Source: an uncultured delta proteobacterium
Lineage (GTDB): Bacteria > Desulfobacterota > Binatia > Binatales > Binataceae
Length of the DNA stretch: 64,000 nt
Assembly: GCA_963842085.1 (NCBI GenBank)
Contig: CAWJET010000001.1
Location: 2,144,001-2,208,000 of the forward strand
Direction: 5' to 3'
A program made the position numbers and the translations under genes. This document shows, piece by piece, positions 40,581 to 51,010 of the stretch. How positions within the stretch are numbered: position 1 is the first letter of the stretch; each line of letters opens with the position of its first letter. The notes beneath the pieces are model-generated. The model was not told the DNA's origin and ran no database searches. It was given only the letters and a program-made list of their open reading frames with translations.

Positions 40581-40790
40581 TCGGAATCGTAACCTTGCAC
40601 ACCGTACCTTGACCCAATTCCGACTCGATCGCTATCTTCCCGCCGTTTAGTTCGATCGCCCGCATCGCGAACGGCAGGCCGAGCCCACTCCCGCCGGCTT
40701 TGGTGGTGAAATACAAGTCGAAGATCCGGTCCAGCTGCTCCTTGCTCATGCCCGGACCGCGGTCGGCGATTGTGACTTCGACTTCTCGGC
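40534..40790 (-). pseudogene. Histidine kinase HATPase C-terminal remnant
   Basis: IADRGPGM..IFDLYFTTKAGGSGLGL..GQGT; no upstream kinase body. Confidence 0.8.
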
Positions 40791-40843
40791 CAGCGTGCTC
40801 AACTCACCGGTCCCCGGCTCACAGGAGGGCGCTTCCTTGTACA

Positions 40844-42229
40844 CTAGAGCATCGGCCCCATGCATCCGGTGATCGCTTCTTCCAGTCGCTCGATCACCGA
40901 TCGCTCTTGCCATACTGATGAATCGATCTGTTGGGAATTTTCGAGATCGTTCATGAATTGCGCGTTCATTTCCTGGCCGAACGGCACGCTCAGGACCACC
41001 GTGTTGATCTCGTCGTTGCGCGCGATGCTCCACCAATCGAGATTCGAGGAACCAACCGTGGACCAGACTCCGTCGATCGTCGCGGTCTTGGCATGCAGCA
41101 TTTTGCCTTGCCAGAGATAAATCTTGACGCCGGCGTCGAGCAGCGGGGAAAAAGTCGAACGCGCGGCCGGGCCGATCAACGGCTCGTTGCTGCGCCCCGG
41201 AAGGAGCAGGCGCACATCCACGCCACGGCGCGCCGCGCCTTCGAGCGCCTCGAGCATCTGCGGGCCCGGCGAAAAGTAGGCGTCGGTGATGTAGATGTTA
41301 GTGTCGGCATTGCGGATAGCGGACATGAGAGTCACATAGATCGTGCTGAATTCCTTGGGCACACTTCCGAGTACGCGAACGATCGTATGGCCATGCCTCT
41401 CGAGCGGCGGATAGTAATCCGAAAACTTCAGCGACGCGCCACCTTGCTGGAGCCAGTGGACGCTGAACGATTCCTGGAATTCGGACACTACGGGACCCTC
41501 GACTTGGACGTCGGTGTCGCGCCACGATTTCATGATTTCGTCAGGCGAACTTTTTGGCCTGAAGTAGCCGTCGCTGAAATATACACCCGAGATGTTGATG
41601 CCGCCGGTGATTGCGAGCGCACCGTCCACCACCATCAGCTTACGATGATCGCGATGCAGGAAGGACCATCGAAAGCCGGGAGCGAACGGATTGAGCGGGT
41701 CGAACTCGACCAGCTGGATTCCGCTAGACCGCATACGCTCGAAGAGGCTGGCGGGCGTAAGCACGGAGCCGAAGCCGTCGTAAATTATATTGACCTGCAC
41801 GCCCTGTTGCTGCTTTGCGATTAGCGCGTTCGCCAACTGATTTCCGATCCGATCGTCGTCGAAGATGTAGGTTTCGAGGTTGATATTATGCGTCGCCCCC
41901 TCGATCGCAGCGAACATCGCACGATACGTGGCCGGACCGTTCTCGAGCAAAGTGACTTTGTTTCCCAGTACCAATGGGCTTGCGCTGATTGCCTGTTCGA
42001 ACGCGAGATGGCGCTCCAGGTTGTCAGTCGTACCGCTTCGCGCTTCCAGCTTTTCTATGATTCTCTCGCTATGGCCGGCTGAAAGGGGGCCCTGGGCGCC
42101 GACGACCTTGGGCGCTTGCTCATACATGCTCGGGCGGCGAATCAGTGCGAACGCATTGGGCATGGTTCCGCACCCGCTCAGGCAATTCACGCCCGCGATC
42201 AGAATCAACGCTCGCCAAAGCGTCGCCAT
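40844..42229 (-). CDS. cls: Cardiolipin synthase (phospholipase D family)
   Basis: Two HKD motifs, HRKLMVVDG and HAKTATIDG; GSSNLD; LSGC lipobox-like N-terminus. Confidence 0.88.
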   Translation of the reverse strand: MATLWRALILIAGVNCLSGCGTMPNAFALIRRPSMYEQAPKVVGAQGPLSAGHSERIIEKLEARSGTTDNLERHLAFEQAISASPLVLGNKVTLLENGPATYRAMFAAIEGATHNINLETYIFDDDRIGNQLANALIAKQQQGVQVNIIYDGFGSVLTPASLFERMRSSGIQLVEFDPLNPFAPGFRWSFLHRDHRKLMVVDGALAITGGINISGVYFSDGYFRPKSSPDEIMKSWRDTDVQVEGPVVSEFQESFSVHWLQQGGASLKFSDYYPPLERHGHTIVRVLGSVPKEFSTIYVTLMSAIRNADTNIYITDAYFSPGPQMLEALEGAARRGVDVRLLLPGRSNEPLIGPAARSTFSPLLDAGVKIYLWQGKMLHAKTATIDGVWSTVGSSNLDWWSIARNDEINTVVLSVPFGQEMNAQFMNDLENSQQIDSSVWQERSVIERLEEAITGCMGPML

Positions 42230-42519
42230 CAAGCCGCTTTGGCTTTCATCAACCGGTTTATCGCCGGGGCGAGTGGTGGTTCGGATTCGCAGTAGTCCTG
42301 CCATGTTGTAGGCGGGGCGATGAGGCTGGCGCGTCGCGTCAAGCGGGTCTCGGCGAAATCCAGGCGCGGATAAAACGCGTAAACCGAATCCAGCGATCCG
42401 CTTCGAAGACCGCCACCACCCGTGGCGTAGATGATCAACGGGATGGAAAAGAGCACCCTGTGGTTCCCAGGATTCCACAATCATTACATGTCAGCCGAGA
42501 CTATTTGTATGACGCTAAA

Positions 42520-42535
42520 AGCATCTCTTGTGCCC
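42520..42535 (-). promoter_or_regulatory. Sigma54-like promoter upstream of the cls unit
   Basis: GGGCACAAGAGATGCT (GG-N10-GC, GGCAC). Confidence 0.55.
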
Positions 42536-42548
42536 GAATGAACTATAG

Positions 42549-42598
42549 GGATTTCGGTACGACCGGCGCGGGGAGACCTGTAGAATTTACAGCTTCCC
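42549..42598. promoter_or_regulatory. Second copy of the 50-bp element (CTGTAGAATTTACAG)
   Basis: Aligns to 36066-36115. Confidence 0.6.
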
Positions 42599-42780
42599 TG
42601 GAGCTACCGAATAGCCGTTTTTTCGAAGGCGGGAACTATGTAATGGCTGTTGTCATTCGTGGCAAGGGTCACCTGCTCGGACTTGCCCCGGTGGTGAAAT
42701 ACGTAAATCCGAGAGGCGCGGGAGCCCTCTGCGACAGTAGCTCATCGAACAAGATGTCGTCCATCCGCCCTGCGCGGCAT

Positions 42781-43656
42781 CTACTCCGCGGCCGTCACCG
42801 GTATAAAGCCGGCTGTTCCATTCTTCAGACTGATCTGCAGGTAGTTGCCGGTGATCCCGGTTACGTGGACGTACTTCCTGCGCCGCACTTGCGCGACGGT
42901 GGGACTGGTGTCGTCGGGATTTTGATACACCGGCCTATTTTTCGTCAACAGGAACAGCTTGTTGAGCGGCTTGATCTTCGGCGCGACGGCTTCGGGCGCG
43001 GACGCCGTCACCGTCGCGGCTCCCGCCGGCGCCGCGGCCGCCGGGGGCATCAGCTTGGCGTCGAGCGCCCGTACCTCGTCGAACTCCGCGTTGGCCTCGG
43101 CCGCGCGCGCCGGCTCGGTCGCGACCAGATTCGCCAGCGCCAGGTGGGCCTTCGCATCCTTGGGGCTGAGTCCGATTGCGGTGCGGATTTGATCTTCAGC
43201 CTCGGCGGTTTTGCCTTCCTGTCTGAGCACCTCGGCCAGATCGAGATGGTAGTTGGAGCGGTCCGGCTCGAGCGCTACCGCGGCGCGGTACTGATTCTCG
43301 GCCAATCCGCGCTGGTTCTGATCGCCATAGAGGTTGCCCAGCGCGACGTGAGTCGCCGCATTTTTCGGATCGATCTCGAGGACTTTCATGAATTCAACTT
43401 GCGCGTCGCCCGGCTTGTGCTCGAATACGTAGAGATTTCCAAGTGCGATATGGACGCGCGGATCGTTGGGCGCGAGCTTGGCCGCCTCCTGATAAGCCGT
43501 TTCCGCGTCGGCCAGCTTCGTCGCCTGCATGGCAGCGTCGCCTTCGGCGAGAAAATCCTCCGCGGTCTGATGATGGCATCCGACCCCCGCCAGGGTCATC
43601 GCGCCGGTCACGATCATCGCTGCGGTCCAGGTCAATAGGCTTCGCTTCCTGTTCAT
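42781..43656 (-). CDS. TPR-repeat lipoprotein with a C-terminal SH3-like domain
   Basis: Lipobox GVGC; HxALGNLY repeats; VTGITGNYLQI..GTAGFIP. Confidence 0.8.
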   Translation of the reverse strand: MNRKRSLLTWTAAMIVTGAMTLAGVGCHHQTAEDFLAEGDAAMQATKLADAETAYQEAAKLAPNDPRVHIALGNLYVFEHKPGDAQVEFMKVLEIDPKNAATHVALGNLYGDQNQRGLAENQYRAAVALEPDRSNYHLDLAEVLRQEGKTAEAEDQIRTAIGLSPKDAKAHLALANLVATEPARAAEANAEFDEVRALDAKLMPPAAAAPAGAATVTASAPEAVAPKIKPLNKLFLLTKNRPVYQNPDDTSPTVAQVRRRKYVHVTGITGNYLQISLKNGTAGFIPVTAAE

Positions 43657-44109
43657 CGGTGAGGTTCCTCCAAGCAGGAATTTTCATTTTCAATATTGAA
43701 TCGGATCAGCACTGACAACCGGGCGTTCTGCAAATGCGAATTTAACTCCGGCTTTGAATCCAAAAGTGTTTCGAGCGCGCCGCAACCGAGCACTTCTGCC
43801 TCGTCGCTCGCATAACCCTAAAGCAACCATGGGGCCACGACCGGGATCCGTTATTTGCAGGGGTTTTTTCAGAGACGAGCGGTAATTTTCTTCACGCTTC
43901 AAAAAAGCCGGGAAGCGAGTTGTCTGAGATTTGGCGTGGGAAAGAGAAACGCTACGGTGTGGGTGTGTTGGCTGAATCAGCGAGTTTCGGCAGCGGCGCG
44001 AGCACCGCTTGGCCAGCAGAGCGGCCGGCGCGCTGCAACACACGTCGGCCTCCGATCCAAAACGAGAGAGTTTTTCAGCCGCCCTCAAATGGTGAAGGGT
44101 GGCGGAAAA

Positions 44110-44495
44110 ACTATAGTCAACCCACCGGGATTGTTGCTGGCGGCGACGGCAATCTGTGGATCGTGGAATCTCACGCGAACCGGATTGCAAGGATGACACC
44201 CCGAGGCGCCGTGATCAGCGAGTTCGCGTTATCTTCCGATGCCGAGCCCTTCGATATCACCGCTCATCCTGACGGGAGCATCTGGAAAACCTCGCGCGAA
44301 GACTCCGCGATTTGGCGAATCTCTCCAAATGGAGTCGGAGTTCAAGCATTCCACTTGGGCGAGAAGAGCTTGCCAGCGCTCATCGCTGTGGGGCCTGACG
44401 GCAACATTTGGTTCGCTGATATGAGCGGAAAGCTCGGGCGGGTCACCGGCTACGGTTTCGTGAGCGAATTTCCAGTCACCGCCGAATCGCGCTAG
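44110..44495 (+). pseudogene. Vgb-like beta-propeller fragment
   Basis: PTGIVAGGDGNLW, PFDITAHPDGSIW, PALIAVGPDGNIW; N-terminal blades missing. Confidence 0.65.
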
Positions 44496-44741
44496 TCGAA
44501 TCTATCTTCTTTAGGACGTTCTCGCTCCCAAACACTCACGAAGTGGAGGCGATTACTCTGTAAATCTTACCGCAACAGCATTCAAATAGAATCAGTTAGG
44601 CCTGCTCGAAACAAAATACCAACTCATACAAGAGTACGTTCGCCAGATTGCCAGTAATCTCGAGGGATGGCTTCCGGCCTTCCATAAAAATTTTTCACTC
44701 GCTCTAGCAAGTAAAGGCCAAGTACTCCAACGAAATCATGC

Positions 44742-44757
44742 AGGCATGGATTGTGCT
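44742..44757 (+). promoter_or_regulatory. Sigma54-like promoter upstream of the glycine-zipper/OmpA genes
   Basis: AGGCATGGATTGTGCT (GG-N10-GC); related palindrome CTGTAAATCTTACCG at 44558-44572. Confidence 0.45.
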
Positions 44758-44838
44758 CTGACCTGCAACTCAGAAATGGCGCATCCTGTAGGCTAGCTAA
44801 CCCTCGATGCCACCGGGCACAAGGCTATCCTACGAGAG

Positions 44839-45270
44839 ATGAAGGAGGATCGGCCTATGAGTATTTGCGCACACATCTTCCCGCGCACTGATTGGAGATT
44901 GATGGCCTGTTCGCTGGCTATCGCGACAATGCTGTGGATCGTTGCAATGACCCTGACGGGATGCTCGGGAACTCCTCTGAGCACCCGCGAGAAAGGAACT
45001 CTGGCCGGCGGCGCTATCGGCGCCGGCAGTGGCGCGATAATCGGCTCAGCGGTCGGAGCACCCGGGGCGGGCGCCGCGATCGGCGGTGCTCTGGGCGCCG
45101 GCACCGGGTTCATTGTCGGCAACGAATTACAAAACGGTGAAATCCGCAACGCACGGACTCAGGCACAGGTCTCCGCGCAACAGCGCGAGATCAACTCGCA
45201 GCATAGTGAGATCGAACACCTGGAGCAGGAGCAGGAAACCGAATGGGTCGCGGTAACTGCGGCCAGCTAA
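44839..45270 (+). CDS. Glycine-zipper lipoprotein
   Basis: LTGC lipobox; GGAIGAGSGAIIG..GAAIGGALGAG. Confidence 0.85.
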   Translation: MKEDRPMSICAHIFPRTDWRLMACSLAIATMLWIVAMTLTGCSGTPLSTREKGTLAGGAIGAGSGAIIGSAVGAPGAGAAIGGALGAGTGFIVGNELQNGEIRNARTQAQVSAQQREINSQHSEIEHLEQEQETEWVAVTAAS

Positions 45271-45448
45271 CGGGACCTAGGGTTGCGGGTTGGAAATGGG
45301 ATGATGAGTACGGCCGTCAGCCGAAGATGAACTCGCGTTGTCGATGCCGTCCGTAATGAACTTGACGCTGGGCTCTCTGCCAGACTAAAGAGATCAACTG
45401 ATCGTAAAATCAAAACGGAAATTCCGGTTGACGTAGGGAGGATTCACC

Positions 45449-46021
45449 GTGCGAATCGCGCATTTATCAGACGCTGTACGCATCGCGGTCGGAGTCTTCG
45501 CCGGGGCGGGTTTACTTTTCACCGCTGGTGGATGCCTTGCCACCCGCGCTTGGGTCGGAGATCAGCTGCGCCCGATCACGGGCCAGCAAGAGAAGCTGGA
45601 AACCCAGCTGAACAATCTCCACCTTGAGCGGAAGCTGGTCCTGGATTCGACCACGGGGCCGACCTTCGCAGTCGGATCCGCTGCCTTGACCCCGAACGCC
45701 AAGCGCGAGATCGATCAATTCTTCGGAGATATGGAGGGATCGACCGGCTCCGGGTCCGCGCCGTCGGAGCGCGTCTTCGTGGTCGCCGGGTATACCGACA
45801 GCGTCGGCCATGAGGACTACAACTACGAGCTCGGACAGCGGCGCGCTACGAGCGTCGCTGGATATCTGGTCGGCAACAAGGGCCTCGACCCGACGCAGGT
45901 TCGCGTGGTTTCCTACGGCGCGAACAAGCCGGTTGCCGACAACAGCACACCGAGCGGTCGGCGTAAGAATCGGCGGGTCGAGATTCTCGTCTTCCAGGAA
46001 AGGATCGCGACCGGGAGCTGA
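45449..46021 (+). CDS. OmpA-family peptidoglycan-binding lipoprotein
   Basis: GYTDSVG, NYELGQRRA, SYGANKP, NRRVEI. Confidence 0.9.
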   Translation: MRIAHLSDAVRIAVGVFAGAGLLFTAGGCLATRAWVGDQLRPITGQQEKLETQLNNLHLERKLVLDSTTGPTFAVGSAALTPNAKREIDQFFGDMEGSTGSGSAPSERVFVVAGYTDSVGHEDYNYELGQRRATSVAGYLVGNKGLDPTQVRVVSYGANKPVADNSTPSGRRKNRRVEILVFQERIATGS

Positions 46022-46166
46022 TTCGTTCAGGCAACTTCTAACTGTCTTCGGCCGCCGCGCGAGTGCCGGCCTTCATCGGGCCCGTTCGCAGTGCTCCGGG
46101 CAGTGGGGGAAGGGATTCACGGAAGAACGATGGGCAGACGCTGATTGCCGAAACTCGAAACCCACC

Positions 46167-46928
46167 ATGCGACTGAAGGAAAAAGTTGCGATCGTGACCG
46201 GCGCCGCGAGCGGCATCGGCCGTTCGACAGCCATCCTCTTCGCTCGTGAAGGTGCGCGCCTCGTACTGAACGACATCGACGCGCAAGGGCTGAACGAACT
46301 CGTGCGGACGCTCCCGAACGATCGAGTGCGCTGCGCCATCGGCAGCGTGGCGAACGAGGACGTTGCGCGAAGGCTCGCACATGAGGCGATCGCGGCATTT
46401 GGCTGTGTCGATGTTTTGGTAAACAACGCCGGTGTTCACTTCGTCAAGGACATCACCGATATGACCGTGGAAGAGTGGGACCGGCTGATGGACGTTAATC
46501 TGAAAAGCATGTTCGTGTGCTGCAAGCATGTTATCCCGCACATGCTCAAGCGCCGGAAGGGAGCGATCGTCAATCTGGCGTCGATCTCGTCGTTCATCGG
46601 ACAGGAGATGAACGGCGCGAGCACCTTTGCCTACAACATCACGAAGGCGGGCGCGCTGCAGCTCACGAAGTCACTCGCGACGCGCTACGCGTCCGACGGT
46701 ATTCGCGTCAACTGCGTATGTCCCGGCAACGTCGAGACAAACATCCTCAAGCGGCCCACGCCGGCTGAGGTCGCGGAGTTCTGGCGCGACGCGTCTCGCG
46801 CGGAGCCCGTCGGACGGAACGCGCAGCCCGAGGAAATCGCTAACGCAATTCTGTTCCTTGCGTCGGACGAGTCCTCGTTTGTTACCGGAGCCCCGTTGAT
46901 CGTAGATGGCGGATACCTGGCGCGCTAG
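46167..46928 (+). CDS. SDR-family oxidoreductase
   Basis: TGAASGIG, NNAG, YNITK, VDGG. Confidence 0.92.
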   Translation: MRLKEKVAIVTGAASGIGRSTAILFAREGARLVLNDIDAQGLNELVRTLPNDRVRCAIGSVANEDVARRLAHEAIAAFGCVDVLVNNAGVHFVKDITDMTVEEWDRLMDVNLKSMFVCCKHVIPHMLKRRKGAIVNLASISSFIGQEMNGASTFAYNITKAGALQLTKSLATRYASDGIRVNCVCPGNVETNILKRPTPAEVAEFWRDASRAEPVGRNAQPEEIANAILFLASDESSFVTGAPLIVDGGYLAR

Positions 46929-46946
46929 AAAATCCGACACCAATCT

Positions 46947-47936
46947 CTAGCGTCCCAGCTTCGCATACAGATCAGCCTCGGCCTTCGCCACCGGCGATTC
47001 GAGCACCTCGCCCAGCAATTGATGAAAGTTCGGCGACCCGGCTGCCTGCTCCGCCGCCCAGCGCTTCGCGAATGTTCCGTTACGGATTTCGGCGATCGCT
47101 TTACGCATCAACGCTTCCACATCCTCACCGATGAACTGTGCGCCGTGTGTAAGTTGCCCGAACTGGCTGGTGTGCGAATGCAACTTGAGCTGGTTCCAAA
47201 TCCCCATCGAGGCCATCGCGCGACCGATCTCGCCCAATTCGCCCGATGCGTACAGTTCCAATAGCGCGACCTCAGAACTCACTCCGGCCTCCGTCAGAAG
47301 TTTGTAAGCGCGTTCAAGCAGGAAAAGCATCGCGCCGGCCCACGTATGCTCGGAGAACAGATCGACCAGCGTCTCCTCCTCGAAGCTCGATTCCACCACC
47401 GCGCCATGTGGCAGAAAGGCGCCGATTCCGTGCGCAATCGCCAACGTCGTTGCCAGCGCGCGACCGGAGGGATCCTGCCTGACGCCGACCAGGACAGGAA
47501 ATCCCTCGCCGCGTGCAGGTAGTTCGAGCACGCCCTGGCCAATCATCCGCGGCGCGACGAGCGCGACGTCGACCTCTGCGGGCGGCACAATGAATTTGTA
47601 AGTGATGTTGTAACCGCTGGCGAAGACCAGCGTTTTGCCGTAGCTCAGCTGCGGTTCGATCATGCGCCGGTAGATGTCGGGTGCGATCTCGTCGGGCAGC
47701 AGCAGCAGGATGACGTTCGCGCGAGCGGCAGCCGCGCCCATCGTGAGCGTCTCAAAACCGTCGGCCTTCGCCTTGCGCCAACTGTCGTCCTCCTGGTTGC
47801 CGACGACTACCTGATGACCTGCTCGGCGCAGATTGATAGCCTGCGATCGTCCCTGATTGCCATAGCCGATTATCGCGATGGTCCTGCCGCTGAGGACCGC
47901 GGGATCTGCTTCGTTCGCGGCGAAAAACCTGGCCAT
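46947..47936 (-). CDS. ilvC: Ketol-acid reductoisomerase-like protein
   Basis: IIGYGNQGRSQAINLR, LLPDE, VAPRM, EETLVDLFSE. Confidence 0.8.
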   Translation of the reverse strand: MARFFAANEADPAVLSGRTIAIIGYGNQGRSQAINLRRAGHQVVVGNQEDDSWRKAKADGFETLTMGAAAARANVILLLLPDEIAPDIYRRMIEPQLSYGKTLVFASGYNITYKFIVPPAEVDVALVAPRMIGQGVLELPARGEGFPVLVGVRQDPSGRALATTLAIAHGIGAFLPHGAVVESSFEEETLVDLFSEHTWAGAMLFLLERAYKLLTEAGVSSEVALLELYASGELGEIGRAMASMGIWNQLKLHSHTSQFGQLTHGAQFIGEDVEALMRKAIAEIRNGTFAKRWAAEQAAGSPNFHQLLGEVLESPVAKAEADLYAKLGR

Positions 47937-48206
47937 TTCTCGTCCTCTCTGCGGTGGAAGTTTACACCAGGCGCGTCAAATTGCGAGTTGCTCAGAGGCC
48001 GGCTCGATCGATTCCAGTTCGACCGGAACGGAGAACGAAGCTTCAGGAGCGGAAGCGAAAGGAGAAGCAGGTTATGTTCACGTGCGATTGGCCGGGAGCG
48101 CTGGAGCGCCGCCCTCGACGCCGAATTTGCGCGATTTGCGCACGCACACTGAAATGTGGAGGAAAGTAAATTTGAACTGACGGTACCGATTCGAGAACTT
48201 CGGCGG

Positions 48207-48614
48207 CTATCTTCGGTTGCCGCCCGTCCGCTCTGGCTGGAGATCGAGCAGCATGTACCCTGGGAGGTTCGCGGCGCGAAGCGTCGCGCGCACCGCGCCA
48301 GGCAGGTGTGCCTCGGCGGTCTTGAAGTCCGCCACGCGGGGGTTCAACACGGTGAAGCGCCGGCCCATTTGCTCAATCTGGCAGCCGTGCGCCTTGACGA
48401 TATTGCGCGCCCAATCGACGTCGCGGCCGTAGGTCATGGGGACCACGAACGTCTCGTCGTGGCGGAAAGCGACCACCGGCGTATGATAGCCATGTCCGCT
48501 CCTTCGGCCGACATGGTGCACCACGGCCAACGGCGGCATCACCCGCGCAAGCGGGCCCAGGATGCGGTTGGTGCACACTCGGTTTATGCGTCGCATGAAG
48601 CGCGGGATGTGCAT
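48207..48614 (-). CDS. Deazaflavin (F420)-dependent nitroreductase-family protein
   Basis: HVGRRSG..YHTPV, YGRDVDWARNI. Confidence 0.85.
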   Translation of the reverse strand: MHIPRFMRRINRVCTNRILGPLARVMPPLAVVHHVGRRSGHGYHTPVVAFRHDETFVVPMTYGRDVDWARNIVKAHGCQIEQMGRRFTVLNPRVADFKTAEAHLPGAVRATLRAANLPGYMLLDLQPERTGGNRR

Positions 48615-49071
48615 CGGCGAGAGGGTATCCGTCGGCGATTCGAACCGCAATCGCTCCGCGATTCACCAATCAACGCCGTCGTTTTCAAGAACGTGTCGCT
48701 AAACGGGAATCACGCCTTTGAAGACGGTCCAAGAAAGAAAGAGTCTCCTCACGGTAAAATCTGTTGGGTCCTCCGTCAAACTGGCTCTCAGTCGCGAGTC
48801 CGGCCTCTAACCAGCTCATTGATTTGGCGGCAGATCAGAATTGGACTGCCACCGATGCACGTGCCCGTCTAGCCTCAACACACAAGACTATGTGACGGTT
48901 CGTGGCTGGCGACGCCTCCAAGCTGCATGGTATAGCGGCTGAGTGTGAAGCCGGGCGGCTGAGGTGCGGGTCGAGGCGGAGCCACCCGGTTTGGGATGCA
49001 GCGACGCCCGGCGGCGCCGGTATCGCGTTCGACGGGCCGGGCCGCAGGGCGATTTGAGCGCGGAGGCAATA

Positions 49072-49482
49072 ATGGCAGCGCAAATAACTCACATTGGCAT
49101 CGTGGTTCGCGATCTCGATGCGGCCGTGAAGCTCTGGTCGGAGAATTTTGGCATGAAAGAGTTTCGGCGGATGGATATCGCGGCCGAGGGAATTCGGAGC
49201 GCCTTTCTTTCGCCGCAGGGAACGCCCGACGAGATGCACATCGAGCTGATGGAGCCCACCGACAAGGCGGACCTGAGCAACGCGGTGGCGCGCAGACTGG
49301 CTCAGGCAGGCGAGGGCTTCTACCATCTCGCGCTGCGGGTCGACGATGTCGAGGGAACCGGAAAGACGCTCGCCGGCAAGGGCCTTACGGTGATCGAGCG
49401 TGCGCCGGTCGCGGAAGGAGCTAAGCTTCGCTGGGTGGTGCACCCGAAGTCGTCGAGCGGCGTGCTGGTAGAGCTGATCTGA
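49072..49482 (+). CDS. VOC-family protein (methylmalonyl-CoA epimerase-like)
   Basis: HIGIVVRDLDAA, IELMEP, GEGFYHLA, HPKSSSGVLVEL. Confidence 0.85.
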   Translation: MAAQITHIGIVVRDLDAAVKLWSENFGMKEFRRMDIAAEGIRSAFLSPQGTPDEMHIELMEPTDKADLSNAVARRLAQAGEGFYHLALRVDDVEGTGKTLAGKGLTVIERAPVAEGAKLRWVVHPKSSSGVLVELI

Positions 49483-49632
49483 TGGTTGGGACAAACGTAA
49501 AACCGCTTCGCTCTGCGCGCCGATGCGCGATCTATCAGAGCCCGCTTAACTCGTCCTTGTAGTTACCGGTATCCGAGTCGGCCGCGTTTGGTTCGCCTCA
49601 CTCGGCAATGATTGGCTGGTATAGGGGGTAAC

Positions 49633-50688
49633 ATGAAAGTCAGCATCGGGATCGGCGGCGCCGCGTCGGGCCGCAAGCGCGACTTCGACGAACAAGTCGA
49701 CTATGTCGTCGAAGCGGAAAAGCTCGGGGTGCATGCGGTCTGGACCGCCGAGGCATGGGGTCAGGACGCGATTTCGCCGCTCGCCTATATCGCCGCGCGC
49801 ACAAGCCGGATCCGGCTCGGCACCGGCATCATGCAGATCAGCGCGCGTGTGCCGGTGATGACCGCGATGACAGCGCTGACGATGGCCGCAATCAGCAACG
49901 ATCGCTTCATCCTCGGCCTCGGTACGAGCGGTCCGCAGGTCGTCGAAGGGCTGCACGGCCGGCCGTTCAAGGTGCCTCTCACGCGGATGAAAGAAACGGT
50001 AGAGATCATCAAACTGGCGTTTGCCGGCGAAAAGATCGAATACCACGGTAAGTATCACGAACTGCCGCTGCCGGGCGGACAGGGCAAGGCGCTACGGTTG
50101 TCACAACCCGCTAATCCGAACATTCCGATTTATCTCGCGACGCTCGGACCTCATGCGTTGGAATACACCGGTGCTGCGGCTGATGGTTGGCTCGGCACGT
50201 CGTTTACGCCGGAACACGCCGCTGCGCACCTCGACTATCTGCGCCGCGGCGCTGAATCGGCCGGGCGCAGCCTGGCCGACATCGACATTCAGGTCGGCGG
50301 CACGGTCGCGTTCGGCGACGATCTGGACGCGCTGGTGGAACCTTTGAAGCCCGCGATGGCGTTTACGCTCGGTGCGATGGGTTCAGCGACAACGAATTTC
50401 TACAACGATGCATTCAAACGGGGTGGATGGGAGGCGGCCGCGCGCGAAGTGCAGAGTCTCTGGGTCGCCGGAAAGCGTCCCGAAGCGATCGCCAAGGTAC
50501 CGCCCGAGATGGTGATCCAGGCGAATCTGCTGGGTGACACCGAGATGGTGCGCAATCGCATCCGGGCCTACAAGGCCGCCGGTGTCACGACGCTGCGCGT
50601 CGCTCCCGAAGGGCGCGATCTCGCGCAAAAACTCACCACGCTTGGGCGCGTCATGGAGCTGGTGCGCGCGGTCAACTCGGAAGGTTAA
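49633..50688 (+). CDS. LLM-class, probably F420-dependent, oxidoreductase
   Basis: AEAWGQDA, LGTGIMQ, LGLGTSGPQVVEGLHG, ADGW. Confidence 0.9.
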   Translation: MKVSIGIGGAASGRKRDFDEQVDYVVEAEKLGVHAVWTAEAWGQDAISPLAYIAARTSRIRLGTGIMQISARVPVMTAMTALTMAAISNDRFILGLGTSGPQVVEGLHGRPFKVPLTRMKETVEIIKLAFAGEKIEYHGKYHELPLPGGQGKALRLSQPANPNIPIYLATLGPHALEYTGAAADGWLGTSFTPEHAAAHLDYLRRGAESAGRSLADIDIQVGGTVAFGDDLDALVEPLKPAMAFTLGAMGSATTNFYNDAFKRGGWEAAAREVQSLWVAGKRPEAIAKVPPEMVIQANLLGDTEMVRNRIRAYKAAGVTTLRVAPEGRDLAQKLTTLGRVMELVRAVNSEG

Positions 50689-50720
50689 GCTGAGTTCGTA
50701 TCGGATCGTGAATGATTTTG

Positions 50721-50896
50721 CCCTGGATTGTTCCCATCCCCGGCACCCGAAGGCCGGAGCGTCTGGAAGAGAACATCGGAGCAGTCGCAGTTGAACTTCG
50801 CCGGACGATCTCCGTGAGATCGAAAGCGCAGCGTCAAAGATTACGGTGCAAGGCGCTCGGTACCCGGAACACCTCGAGCGAATGACCAATCTCTGA
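50721..50896 (+). pseudogene. Aldo/keto reductase C-terminal remnant
   Basis: PWIVPIPGTRRPERLEENIGA (frameshift) DLREIESAASKITVQGARYPEHLE. Confidence 0.75.
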
Positions 50897-51010
50897 GCGG
50901 ACGTGATGGCGGTCAGCAGGTTGATTGCTCCGGAATATGGCCCATCCATCTGGATCATTCCAAAAATGTCAAAACGCGGGATCGGCAATCCAATCGAACG
51001 GAAGACTTCA

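Noticed and set aside
42145-43638. 497-aa + strand ORF; likewise 32870-34228 and 59979-61295
   Set aside because: Antisense or alternate-frame shadows of well-supported genes
45810-46166. Long N-terminal extension of the SDR ORF
   Set aside because: Overlaps ompA; SDR homology begins at MRLKEKVAIVTG (46167)
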